Positions 26,561 to 40,049 of a DNA stretch of 64,000 nucleotides are shown piece by piece (position 1 is the stretch's first letter; every line of letters begins with the position of its first letter). The notes beneath the pieces are model-generated. The model had not been told where the DNA came from, ran no database searches, and saw nothing but the letters and a program-made list of their open reading frames with translations. Source of the DNA: Octopus vulgaris (taxonomy: Eukaryota); the NCBI GenBank assembly GCA_951406725.2, contig OX597816.1, forward strand, positions 105,896,001 to 105,960,000, in the 5' to 3' direction. The position numbers and the translations under genes were made by a program.

Positions 26561-26639
26561 TGGTGATGGTGGTGGTGGCTGTGACAACAACAACACTCGT
26601 AATGATAATGATGACATATTTTAGACAACAACTAAAAAG

Positions 26640-27010
26640 CCATCAGACTGATTTACAAAGACTGTCCCACCAACTCATTACAACTGCTAATCAACAGAGA
26701 TACAGTCTCACACTCTATCAATGCTATCACTACTACAAGGGTCTCTGCTCCTCCTCTGAACTTGCTACTTACATACCACTTTTACTCAAGTCCAACTTAG
26801 ACACTAGTCTCTCTCCTTTTCTCATCAACCATAATGCATTGCTTAACTCACCATCACCACCAATTCCATAGTAACCACTTTTCCAATTGTTTCCTCTATC
26901 CTAGAACATACTCTCAGGAATTTACTTTTTATTCATATTTTTCATGCAGGAGTCAATTTATATGTGTTTAAACTAAACATCAAAGTATCACTCTCACCTG
27001 TCTCAGACAG
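26640..27010 (+). mobile_element. jockey/CR1-like LINE 3' end relic
   Basis: YHYYKGLCSSSELATYIP resembles the conserved LINE C-terminal FYRYY.G.CSSEL motif, followed by a decayed PRT..WN..FK.NI-like stretch. Confidence 0.5.
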
Positions 27011-27358
27011 TCTAGAGTATTCTTAATTCATCATTTCTTAGCAACCTTTTACAAAGTTTATTCAATACATTTGTTACTCTCATGTTATACAGTGTATGGA
27101 TTTTTTTTTCACTTGAATGTGTTATATCAATAACAACCAAATATTTACAGTAACAGAACTTCCATTTACTTCCTATCTCAGATGCTTTCTTTTTTTTTTT
27201 TCATAATCAGTGATGTTTAAAACCAAATTTCTTTCACAGAAATTATTCGTTGATTAAATAACATTTATAGAATGATCTGTCACAAAATTATCCATTTTAG
27301 AACATCCAGTTAAAATCATCATCATCGTCATTAAATGATCAGGTAGGAAATCTCTTGT

Positions 27359-27914
27359 TCACAGGTAATCACTGAAAAAATTTCTAAAAGTCAGTTGGAA
27401 ACTTCTTTGGATGAGCTGAAATGATTTAAACATTACTTAACTAATTTCTGAGCAACATGTTCTTGGTAAGAATTATGCACTTTTAATGCATAAATACCTA
27501 CAAGCCAGTGGTAAATTGGCAGGACTGCCAGGGAATTAGACAAAATATCTAGTGGCATTTCTACCAGCTTTTTCCATTCAGAATTCAAAATCTAGCAGAG
27601 GCAAATTTATGTTTCATCCTTCTGAAGTCAATGAAATTGAGTATCAGTCTTGGATGGTGATTAATGAAATTGTTAGAGCATGAGTATTTTGTCCTACATT
27701 CTAACAATTCCAATTGATAAAATATAGTAGCAGTCAATATACTGAGGTGTAGCCTTCTCTTTCTTTAGATGTCATGCCTTTGAGATTTCATTGGGTTAAA
27801 AGTGTGAAGGTGAAGAGAGTGTCTACATCTGCTCACAAATATACCTGCACTTAAAACAGGAGTGAAAGTATGAAACATGCTGCTACCAAGTCACATTCAA
27901 AAGATGACTAATCA
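27359..27914 (+). repeat. Left arm of ~550-bp inverted duplication
   Basis: Reverse complement of 29472-30020 aligns end to end (TCACAGGTAATCACTGAAAA ... CACATTCAAAAGATG[A/G]CTAATCA), visually >90% identical. Confidence 0.95.
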
Positions 27915-28807
27915 ATCTAAATTATAAAGTTTAGAACAAACTGGCCAGACTATCAATTAATCTGTAAAACAACACAATAATATAGTAATGTATAATACTG
28001 ATGTTATAATATACATGATAAGGCTAACATTTAATGAATTTCTATAACATACAGAGAGTATTCTTTTAAATATCTTACTTGATGGTGAACAATAAATGTT
28101 AAGCATTTAAACAGTAAGAAGAAAACTGTTATAAAAAGAGACTTAAAGAAAGGTTAAGTCTATACTTTATTGCTTTTCAAATATACCAAACAATTGTAAC
28201 CTTAATGATATTCTCTATTGTAGTGAAAATATTTTTAAGAATTTGCCTTCTTTTAAATTCTACAAAACGAAAAAGAGAAACCAATTTAAAGTACATTGCA
28301 TTCTGAGGTTTCTATGACTATAATCATAAATATCATTGATCTCTTGATAAACACTAAGTGACTAGAAAAACTGAAACACACATCAAATGGATCACTGTAT
28401 CATTTCTCTTAAGCTAAAAAGATCAGTCAGAAAGAGCAGGAAACTATGTGGGGGAACCTATAAAATAAAATGTATCTGGTTAAATAGATCAAGATGTGAA
28501 TTACTTACAAATTACTGAGTCAAAGCTAATCTTAAGAGACTATTATGTAGAGGAGAAATATTTAAATTCAATGAATATGGTACTGCAGTGCAGCCATCTG
28601 AGTAAATGCAGAATGAAGTACATTATGGATAATCTTACAAACAAAACCAAAATGCATTAGCAGAATTAAATAGATAGATGATTTATACTGGAATTATGAA
28701 AGTCAAAGAATGATAAATATTGAGGTATACTATCCTAAAGAAGAACCACCAGAATTTACATGCATATTATTAATGTCTTCCTTAAAAAAGTAACACTGGC
28801 TTTTACT

Positions 28808-29432
28808 TATAATAATAATAATGATGATGATGATGATAATAATAATAATGTGCCCTGATGCAGTACCAGGCAGTGGCTCTCATGGCTTCTGATCTTAATT
28901 AATTATTATCATGTACATGTTTTATCTTGGTGTAACAGATAGACTATAATAAATATTCTGCTCCATTCCATAGATTTGCTTGTCAGTTGCTTGGCCTTAA
29001 TCAATTGAGTCCTTAGTGGCTAATGATATGTGCATCTCTGATCATGAGCAGAAATAGTGGAGGAGCAACATAGCCATGTGTTGAGAGAAATTTTTTGGTG
29101 CTTGAATAATTCACCATTAGAAACATAAGTGCTTCATTCATCATCCTTAAACAACCCTTATTCATCGAGTTTTTGAGTGGGATGGGCTACTCGAGCTGAA
29201 GCAAATTCTAACTGGTGCACTGGGAACTAACTCTAAAGATTTGAACAGATGGATAGAAGAAATAGGCATGAAACCCAGATTAGTACAACTCCAGATAACA
29301 ATGTTATTAAGGACAGCTAGGATACTTAGGAGGGTTCTTGGCATCTAAGGTTACTAGTTCTAGCCCAAAGTTAGGATTTTTCTTTTCACTCACTCTAATC
29401 TGTTGTGTGTATATGACAATAATAGTGATAAC
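28808..29432 (+). mobile_element. Dong/R4-clade LINE 3' end (29213-29432) with associated upstream repeat, between TAA-type repeats
   Basis: GALGTNSKDLNRWIEEIGMKPRLVQLQITMLLRTARILRRVLGI* matches the R4/Dong restriction-like endonuclease C-terminus; (TAA/TGA)n at 28808-28850 and AATAATAGTGATAA at ~29418. Confidence 0.7.
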
Positions 29433-29471
29433 TTTTTCATGTTATTTGCTACTGGGTCACTAAGAATCTCA

Positions 29472-30020
29472 TGATTAGCCATCTTTTGAATGTGACTTGG
29501 TAGCAGCATGTTTCATACTTTCACTCCTGTTTTAAGTGCAGGTATATTTGTGAGCAGATGTAGACACTCTCTTCACCTTCACACTTTTAACCCAATTAAA
29601 TCTCAAAGGCATGACATCTAAAGAAAGAGGCTATACCTCAGTATATTGATTGCTACAATATTTTATCAATTGGAATTGTTAGAATGTAGGACAAAATACT
29701 CATGCACTAACAATTTCATTAATCACCATCCAAGACTGATACTCAATTTCATTGATTCTAGAAGGATGAAACAAATTTGCCTCTGCTAGATTTTGAATTC
29801 TGAATGGAAACAGCTGGTAAAAAACACAAGATATTTTGTCCGATTCCCTGACAGTCTTGCCAATATTACCACTGGCTTGTAGGTATTTATGCATTAAAAG
29901 TGCATAATTCTTACCAAGAACACGTTGTTCAGAAATTAGTTAAGTAATGTTTAAGTCATTCCAGCTCATCCAAAGAAGTTTCCAACTGACTTTTAGAAAG
30001 TTTTCAGTGATTACCTGTGA
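29472..30020 (-). repeat. Right arm of ~550-bp inverted duplication
   Basis: Reverse complement of 27359-27914. Confidence 0.95.
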
Positions 30021-33000
30021 GAGAGTCTTGTCTTTGATTTGAGCTTCTCCTCCCTGTCTGTCTCTGACAATTATTCTACTCCAAACTCTATCCTCAGGGC
30101 TGCAACCAGTTCTGAAAAAAGTAGTTTCTTGGACCTGCTGCTGTTGTTGACAGCTTTCTTCCTTTCTTTTCTATCCAGTTTCTTCAGGTAGAAAGCCACC
30201 GACTGGCTTTTAATGTCATATGTTTATCAACAAGGATTTCGTTTCAGTATCTGCAGTCTAATTGCTTTACTTTCTATAACCACAATGAGGTACAACTTTT
30301 AAGATATGCTTGTTCTTTGAGCATCATCTCAATAAAAGTTGACCTAGGGCTAAGCAGCAACAACAACAACAAACTGACATCACTCAGTACATTTCCAATG
30401 CTAGTCAAAATCTAAAGAAATGTGTTATTTTCATATTAGATTATTAAAATAAATAATAATGATTTCTCACATTAGTACAACTAAATCAACTACATACAAA
30501 ATTCTTTTACTTTTTTTTTATCAATGCTGGAAGGTTTGAAGTTAGAATATAGAAGAACTAAATGAAATATTCAAAGATATTTAATGTGGTGCTCTTCTGT
30601 TTCTGACATTCTATTGCCTTAAATAATGAGAATCAAGTATAAACACACATGTACATATATATGATTTTTGCATTATGATATTTATTTTTAGCATTTTAAG
30701 TTTTTATCTCTTTTTTTTTTTTGTTATTACTGGAAGCTTGTATTTTACTTGTTCAAGGTCTATCCCTTAAATATGTGTCCAATTATAGAATAGCATATAC
30801 AGAAATAACATATGTGTATGCATGCATGCACACATGCATGCATTGCATTTAGATTATTTTCTAATTTTGCTTGTTATTGATTATTCAAAAGGATGTAATA
30901 TTTGATAGAATGTCATCAATGGGGAAAAAGTTTAATGTATTATTCATGTACTGTTTCTGTGTTCAGAGGGTGCTAAATATTAGAATATTAATAATCCACA
31001 CTTGTTCATATTTTGGTGCTGTCTCAAAAGTCCGAATACAATAGTATGCTTTGTGTACTTTTTTACTGTCATGCTAAGATAGCTTGGAAATAGAAGGTTG
31101 TCAATGAACAAACAGAATGACAGGAGGAAAAAATGAATTTGAGTTAAAAGATTAACTGTTTCTTTGTCACACTTTACCAGAGATACAAACATAAAACTGA
31201 ATAAGTAAATTGAAATGAAAGTAAGATTTGTAAAAAATGAGTGCTGGGTGTTTTGAATGACAGAAAATACATCTGTTGATTAATTTAAACATGTCCACAC
31301 ATACACTTCCTTCTGAAAAACATTCCCTTATAGTTCATAAAACTATTGTCATTTTGAATAACATGGATAAACTAATATATGATACTTGGGTATGGTAAAA
31401 AAAAATTTGCTTATTAATACCTATTATCTTATTATTAATAATTATTAGTAACCCAAGTCATAGTATCATTGTTACTGCTATTATTCTTTATCTCCAATTC
31501 AATCCTGATTAAATAGCTCTATAATCAAAGACAATGCAAATGTGATGATACCGTCTTTTTTGAAAGCATATGCCTACAGCTATATTATATAAATCTGTTC
31601 TTGTTTTCTCTAGGACTGTGAGGTGTGACCTGCAAGAGGTTTGGTTGCCATTTCTAGCAAGTCAAACAGCCAAGTAGATAAATATTCTTTCATTTGTGTG
31701 TATTGTTGCCATGCTTCCACTGTTTCTGTTATCAATATCAACAAAACACTTTTCACAAATTTTGTAAAATTCCAAAAAATGTTGAGAATGTGTACAATCA
31801 TTTTGTTTTACTAGTTAAATAATTTTCTTAGATTCATTTGAAACACCTTATTGCAAATATTCCTTGACCTACCCCTGCTTTGAATATCTTTAAGTATCAG
31901 CTCATAATAAACAATTCAGTCATGTTCTTTTCATCTGCTTTTATCTCATGCATATATTATCTATCTTCTTCCTTAAAAGCAACATTCCATGCTTGTATTT
32001 TCCCTCAGCTTCCTCAACATCCAGTTTTACATTTACAATTTCCGTAGATAGCATTTATCTGCTTCCACTTCAAAATTTTGATGGATCTTTTACCTTTTGA
32101 TAATTCATTTTTAGCACACCTTATTCTATATTCTCATAGCATCTATTTAAATCTTCAAATATCTCCACAATGTGAACTATATCTGTATAAACAAGATTCA
32201 AGAAGTATTCATCGTGATATTCATGTCTTAACATCACAGTAAGCACCTTTAAGAACTAGTAACGAAAAGAGAAAACAAAATAAATGTAATTCTATGTAGC
32301 TAGCTTAAGAATAAATTCACTCCCTGACTTGTGACACTTTTATTCATGGAATTTACTAGACAATTATCTACTTTAAATTTCCTTTATTCTACACCAACCT
32401 ACAGTTTAATCGATTCTACTAAAAGCCTTTTCTTGGCTAGAAGGGATGAGCTATATTCAATCCTTCTGCATTAAATATTTCTTCAGAAGTTGTTTCAATA
32501 GAATATTCAACAGAATAACATATATTGTAAATTGTTCAGATCATGTACACTATTTACATTAATTTTAAAGTAAATTTATTTCCTTACACATTAGCTCTTT
32601 TGCATAGCTTTATCATTTATAAAAGTTATAATAGTATTGATGTGCCAGTAATCAGCTAGAGCACTTTAACATATTATCTTATTCATTGGATACATGATGA
32701 ATTTTAATCTCATCCAACCAAAAAATGTCTATGCACTTTAATACCCAACTTGTACCACAGAACCAAGAGCAGTATCATGCAAATTGGTTTCAAAAGGGTT
32801 AGGGTATTCTCATTAATATTCAAACATTTTCAATTATTTTTAAAATATGCTTCCTCTTGGATTAATTTCTAATACCTAAGGAGATGTTCAAGTCCTAGGC
32901 TATTAGAAATTAATAACATAAACTAACATAATCTATGTTATTAGTTTATATGGACGAGTCACTATGTAAAAAGTGACTGTCTCTTAAGCATGTGTAAAAT

Positions 33001-34179
33001 ATTTGTATAGTATCTTAAAGTACACTTCTGTTATTTTTTATAACAAAATAACAAACTTGATTGAATTTTATCAAATTTGGACAGTTCAATTTTTATAAAT
33101 TCAGACAGCTCCTTTCTTTTCTTTTTCTCTTTTAATTACCTATTAACTGAAACTAATCAAGTAAAAATTCCACTGAGGAAATAGAACTATTAATTAATTC
33201 TGTCACCATATAATGGATGTTTTAAAAGAATCCTTGCAGTTTTTCTCACTTAGAGCTCACAAGATAAAATTGCTCCTTTACAGATAACAAATTGAGCTAC
33301 CTCTTTCTCTCTATTTTTTAGAAATATATGTACAAAAATGAACCAATGAAAAAAAACATAAAAATCTAAATAAGTGTGCATTAATTTAGGCATTTGTAAT
33401 ATGGACCTAAATTAAACTTGACTCCACAATACTAAAAAGTTTCAAAAGAGCAATCTCTGTGAATAGCACAATATCGAACAAAGTTTCAACTATTGACAAT
33501 TTCTGAATGCAAAATTTATATAGAATTATATGTTCATATAGAATTTTAAAAATTTTATTTGGAACAAAATAAAATATTTTTAACAGATGATATGCTGTCA
33601 TATCAATTATGACAATATAAAGAGAATAGTTTAAAATTTAATAGCATAATTAAAAAAATAGAAAATTACAATTATTAAGAAAAATTAAATGAATATAACA
33701 GCAGTTTTTCAGAGTATAATACAAAGATGGTTTTCTATTTTTTAAATATGATGGTTGCTAGTCTTTTAAATGAAATGTCTTATAATGAAAATATTTACAG
33801 TAGTAAACTGTAATAGATAAAAAAATTGAAAAATTAAAAGTGTAAAATTAAATCCATATTAATATGTTCCTAACAGTCGACTTACAAACAAAAATACTAA
33901 TTCTGAGTAATTTTTTTTTCAGTGGCATTCAGACAACTTAGTTAAAATGGCAGCAGACTACATAGCCAGAATTTAAATGCATCAGAAGCACATTGCTAAA
34001 TCCAACTTCATTTATCTTTAATAGAACATACTCCACTTTTCCAAATAATCATTTCTAAAAATATTATTTTGTTATTGATTTTAATTACAAGGTTTAAAGC
34101 TCATACCAGGGAACTTTTTTAATACACTTAACCAAATGAAGTAATAATTTTCATTAAAGAACACAACCATTTATATACA

Positions 34180-34578
34180 GGCACAAGCATGGGTGTGTGA
34201 TAAGAAGCTTCCTAACAAACGACATGGTTCCGGGTTCAGTTCCACTGTGTGGCACCTTGGGCAAATGTCTACTATAGCCTCAGGCTGACCAAAGCCTTGT
34301 GAGTGGATTTGGTAAACAAAAACAAAAAGAAGTGTGTGTGTGTGTGTGTGTGTGTGCATGTGTGCATTTGTCACTCACCACCCTTTGACAATCAGTGTTG
34401 GCATGTTTACATCTCTGTAACTTAGCAGTTCAATAAAAGTGAATGATAGAATAAGTACTGGGCTTAGAAGAAATGAAAAAATAAGTACTGGAGTCAATTC
34501 ATTTGACAAAAAATTCTTCAAGGCAGTGCTCCAGCATAGCCACAGTTTAATGACTGAAACATGTAAAAGATAAAAGAT
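34180..34578 (+). mobile_element. Full-length tRNA-derived SINE (family 1) with internal (TG)n
   Basis: GGCACAAGCATGGGTGTGTGATAAGAAG...GGTTCCGGGTTCAGTTCCAC (B-box-like), central microsatellite, tail GCAGTGCTCCAGCATAGCCACAG...AATGACTGAAACATGTAAAAGATAAAAGAT. Confidence 0.88.
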
Positions 34579-35555
34579 GTCTCAAATAGTCATGAGAGAG
34601 TAAAATCAAATATTGAGGGTGAAATTTATTCTTCCTCTTCAAACTGAGAGGGTTTCTTATACTGAAACCACTAATATCTGTAAATAAATCCTCATTTCAA
34701 ATTTATCAAGATCTATGTAAATTACTAAGAATCACACTATTATTATCATCATAGTGATTAGTGTTACCAGATATTGTATCAACTAATAACACAGAACAAA
34801 GCTTAAATGGTGAAAGGGTGAATTTTGCTGGCTTTGAATAGTTATACAGACTGAACATCTTTATAACTTAAAATTTAATTGGCAGATCAAATAATCAGAA
34901 GCTCAACTACATATTCTTTATACAATAATTTATATGGAATAGTTTTAAGCTGTTAGTGTTTTTAATCGCTGCTTTGATTGACTGATGGAGTGGGGGTGGG
35001 CAAATGGAGAGAATAGATAATTAGGTGTACAGACAGATTAATAGATAGGTAGATACATGTTATTGGGGACAAAGAAGGTGAAGAAATTACTTAATACTAG
35101 AAGGAGAATGGAATACAATTTTTGTATATTTGTAAAATTTCAGCTTCTACTTGATTACATAGATGTATGTGTAACAGAATTAATTATGATTAAATAATTT
35201 CAGAACCAATTCTCTAAATTTGATTTCTAAGTATACTCTGTGAACTTTGCAACTATGGAAACGAGTACAAGGAAACCTCAACTATAATACACAAGTTCAC
35301 TTCACAGCTTCAGCATTCAATGTTTCAGGAAGCACACAGAGTTTTAATATAATTTGAATTGAGAAAAATTATTGTTATTCACTCTTTGAGGATTATAACA
35401 TACCTATCTGCCATATATACCATGATTTGTTGAAGTGCTCCAATCATAATTGATCAATGTATAACCAACCATTCTTTGGTTAATCTCATTTTGCTAGCCA
35501 AGTTCCTGCATACAGTGCAGCTGAGGCAATCACCTGCATTTTACTTATCCCTTTA

Positions 35556-35596
<41 letters not shown>

Positions 35597-35637
35597 CATC
35601 ATCATCATCATTATTATTGCCATTATTATTATTACAT

Positions 35638-35922
35638 AGGACAAATGGCCTAGTGGTCAGGATGTTACAATCACAAGATTGTGGTTTCAATTCTTAGATC
35701 AGATGCTGTGTTGCATCCTTAAACAAAATACGTCATCTCACATTGTTTTGCAATCACTTCCACACCTGATGTGTCTGTTTGGACAATGTTGATATGATGG
35801 AGGGAGTGAGCTAATGTGTAGCACATACATTTGATCCATGTAAACAAATCATTTATGTAGGTTGTTTCAGCAAAAGAGCTGAACACTCATACATCATCTT
35901 CGATGGGAGTGTCCATCATTAT
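35638..35922 (+). mobile_element. tRNA-derived SINE (family 2)
   Basis: TGGCCTAGTGGTCAGG A-box and GGTTTCAATTC B-box-like head after an (ATT)n tract; body distinct from family 1. Confidence 0.6.
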
Positions 35923-36615
35923 TACATACAAGATCAATTTTCTGGAGTTAATTTCATTTATGCTAATGATATGCTGCATGATTGTGTGGAATTTTATTGC
36001 AGATAATTTCTTCTTATTTCAGAAGAACTGCAGAAAAAATCCCTAGCCTCAAAGAGTGGTCAAGAGTTAAAAGAGGTGGAAGGAATTCAGAGTAGTGTTA
36101 ATTCTGTAGGCAGCAAAAAGGCTTCTCTCTCCAGGCAAAAAGACGAACTATGTGAAGTCTGAAGTAAGATGCAGCAGAGTGTTGAAACTTATATACTTAA
36201 TGTAGATCTGAGGAGGTAAGATAAAAATGAAGTGCATATCATCTGGTGACATGAATAGCAAGGTACGGCAAGCAAGCTAAGTGATTTGGCATGAACAGAA
36301 TCAGCTTATGTGTGAAGAAAAGACAGGTCTATTAGTATTGACATATAATGCAACTGGTCAACACATACTGGGTGAAAAGGTGGTGGATGCTAATAATGGC
36401 ATCAAGAGCAGAGCCAGGCAGGTGAAATGGTTTAATTATAACTGAAGATGTTGAGTCTCACAAATTAGATGACAAATAATCAAGACGTGTGATATGCCAT
36501 AATCTATGCCACCATGGGAAAAATAATCAGTAAAATAGAGATGATGATGAAATTCTATCTACTTTATTTCCATTATTTTTCCTATACTGGTGTGTGTGTG
36601 CACACAAACACACAT

Positions 36616-36785
36616 GAGCAGGTGCAGTTATGTGGTTAAGAAGTTCATTTCACAACCAAGTGGTTTCAGGTTCATTCCCACTGCATGGTACCTTAGGTGA
36701 GTCAAGTGTCAGCTTCTATAGCTTTAAGTCGACTAATGACTTGTGAGGGAAATTTAGAAGACAGAAAGCTTGTGGAACCCCATCA
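36616..36785 (+). mobile_element. SINE 5' half (family 1)
   Basis: GCAGGTGCAGTTATGTGGTTAAGAAG...GGTTTCAGGTTCATTCCCACTGCATGGTACCTTAGG. Confidence 0.7.
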
Positions 36786-37023
36786 AGTATATATATATAT
36801 ATATATATAATCAATTTTGGGGGATTAATCGATATGAAGAAGTTCTACTTGAGATAATACAAAAATAACCTAATGAGTATATCTGACAGTAAATTCATGG
36901 TATCAGTTTGCACATAACAAAATAATACTTAAAGGATATAACCAAAATTACCAGCAGGGTGTATAATATACTTCATTAATTATATCTTACTTTAGTTAAT
37001 ACTTATATTCATTAAATATGAAG

Positions 37024-37137
37024 GAACTACACGTGTTTCAGTATTGGAAAATTACAATATATATACATATACACAACTGTATACCTATGTATATGCAATC
37101 ATCAGGTTAACAATTATTCCAACACATCTTCAGGTTC
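37024..37137 (-). ncRNA. Type-I hammerhead ribozyme motif with extended stem II (family C)
   Basis: - strand: GAAC CTGAAGA T GTGTTGGAA [~67 nt] TTCCAATAC T GAAAC ACGT GTA GTTC; intact CUGAAGA and GAAA, GUA triplet, stem I GAAC/GUUC, palindromic stem III ACACGTGT. Confidence 0.65.
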
Positions 37138-40049
37138 TATTTCAAAATATCAGATATCTAATTTTACATCCCTTTAAAAATAAGCAATACAATTAAGCAT
37201 TAAAGATTAAAAATTAAGAATTAAGAATGAAAATTATACTCTGTAATATTAAGAATTAAAATTTATAAATTATACATTATGAATATGAATTAGTATATAT
37301 ATATCAATCATGTAAAATCAAGTATATGTCAAATACAGAATGTGAGATAGTCACTTCTCTCAACAAATCATCTGCTCACTTCACACCTTCAAAGACGTGA
37401 AATATTAGAGCTCTTATTTGAAAAGTGTTAGCTACAGAAAGGACATTCAACTGTAAAACAATGCCCCCAAATCATATTCCTCTAACCCAGGCTAACACTA
37501 AAATAAATTAGTGTGTGTATGTGGGAGTTGAATTTTACCCAAAATTCTATCAGCTCTAACATCTATGACAATATGTATTTTATGTAAATAAACCAAATAA
37601 CACCAAAGTGACTTCTAACTATGGTTGTCATAAGAGTGTATGAAGTTAGATAAGTCTAGCAAACAATTTCCAATAAAAAGAACAAAGATGGTCATAGAGG
37701 AGTCAGAATAGGGAGGGTAGAGAATCAAGAAGGTACTTCTGAGTGAATTAGGTATGGCACAGTTATCAGAGAAGATCTTTACACATGTGAAGTTATTTCT
37801 AGGTATGATAGCTGTGTGGTAGACGTAATCAAATTCTGATTTAACACCACTATTCAGTCCTTGGTTACCTTTAGCAGAATTCACTCTGTTGCAAGTATTC
37901 AGACCAAGTCTCCAGTTCGAGGATACTTTCCTCCTTTCATCCCACCAGTCACAGTAGTCCTGAACAAATAAAGAGTCACTGGTACTGGATTTCCCTCCAT
38001 AATTAAATAGTAAAAAACAAAAATAGGAAGAGTGCTTCACTAGGAATTTGTGTTTATCACCATTTTGGTGGTTTTACTTTAATGTGTAATGATGATTAAA
38101 AAGCATTTGTATGTATGCAAAAAGATCAAATGAGGAACCAGCATTTTAAGGGTTACATTGTCTATGTTATGTCCAGAATACTGAGGATAAAGACATTAAG
38201 TTAATACTTATTTGAATGAGGATCTCTTTTCTTACAAAAAGTAGTGAGGGGGTGATGGTTATATGCCAAAGTTTCTAAGTATTTACCTATTCAGAAGTTA
38301 AGATTGTAAAGCTTCATTAATACAAAAAATTAATTCTAGAAAACATTGTTTAAAAGAAACAGCTGAAATGTCATCTGTAATAGATTTATAATGATAGTTC
38401 AATAAAATTAAATATCTGTGCATGTTCTTACTACCAAAAAGTAAGATTCATGTATTTCCAATTAAATATATTGATAGGAATCTTTTGCAGTACTAAACTA
38501 AGCGTGATATGTTGCTTTCATTACTTGAGTTTTGTTTAGCTGAGTTTGTCAAAAGGTTATCAATTTTGCTATCAACCAATATTTTTCAAGCCAGTTTTGT
38601 TATATTGTTTTGTTTACACTATTACTTTGATGTATTTTTAATTTGTTACAACTCAATCAATCATTATTTTATCTATTCCAAATGAGTGTGATTGACTTTT
38701 TTATATTCTGGATCATCCATCAATGATGACTGCTCTTACTGGTATTAGCAGAGTGAAATATGGTTTGTGATGTTCATGCCTTTTCAAAAAGTGTCAGTGA
38801 CATAAATGACATGAAACAACCCTAAAAAATCAGTTATGCAATCAGTATATCAACAAGTTCCAGAAGACTTCAAAATGCCCCACAACCATAATAATCTTTA
38901 CCATATAATACTATTTCTTGCATCAATACATTGTAGTAAATGTTTAAGCTCAAACTGCAATTATATTTGAAAATATACTATCAACTGTTTAGTAGTCAAC
39001 AAAGTATAAATGGGTTTTTTTATCAACCATAAAGGATAAGAGACAAATTTGTTATTTAACCTCAGAAACCCCAGATGCAAGACACTTAGAATCAAACATA
39101 CACCAGGCATGGACATCACTGCCTCATTTGTTTTTCTTTTTTAGACAATGCATCTAGGCTACATTATCCAATGTGTTCTTCCTTTTTTTTTACTTTAGAC
39201 AAGCAGTATATTGTGGTATGAAGATTTGATAGCTATTTCAGGCAAGTCAAGTCACCATATATATTGCCTCATTAGAACAGGAACTCAAATCTTTAAAGTA
39301 TCAGAATGAAATATAAAATAAGCTCTCCATTGTCTAGGTAATTTCTACATCCTTAGAAACAACAGTAATTCTGATGCATTAAGTGATATTAAACCAGGAG
39401 AGAAACAGGAAATTATGACATCAATATTTTTCCCACAAATATTGATTATGTTAATGTGATATGAAACATGACTCTTTTAAATTTCATTGACAAATAAAAT
39501 TCTTCATTGTTGTTTATTAGGTAGAAATTGCCAGCCTTGATTAAAATTAATTGCATAGGTGTAGCCAATTAAAGATTTAACAGCAAGCTGGAAATGCAAT
39601 ATAGATATAATTTAAAAAAAGAAAAAAGAGAAAAAACAGTATAAAAGTAAAACAATGTTTTATTAAACTGCATTGTTTTAGCTTTCTAAAATATGTTAAA
39701 ATTTCACGGAACCTAAAACTCAACTTTGAATACAAATTACATCCAGCTAGATTATTTGTGGTTATATATTTGCTTTATTTAACAATTCTTAACATTTCTG
39801 AGAAAATGATTTTGAAATGAAGCTATCCATCTATAAAACTAACAGACTATTAGTAAAGAATGCTAGACAATACTGACTTATTTGGTTGGCAGAAAGTTTA
39901 ACATGCTACTATTGAATATTTCAGTTAAATGATCAAGCACCAATAAAGATAAGTGAATTTCTATACATCCTTCATTTTGATGAAAAAGCATTTTGCAGAG
40001 ATTAACAATTTAAAAGAAATTTTTAAAAATAATAAAACAATGTTTTATT

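Noticed and set aside
25960-26631. 223-aa Pro/Leu/His-rich ORF and overlapping Arg/Gly-rich ORF
   Set aside because: Arises from the polypurine tract and (ATG)n tail, which lack stop codons by composition.
27359-30020. Interpretation of the inverted arms as TIRs of a foldback transposon
   Set aside because: No TSD, no recognisable terminal motif, and the arms contain an older SINE fragment; local duplication fits better.
34180-34260. tRNA-like heads as tRNA genes
   Set aside because: No complete cloverleaf; they continue into SINE bodies and tails.
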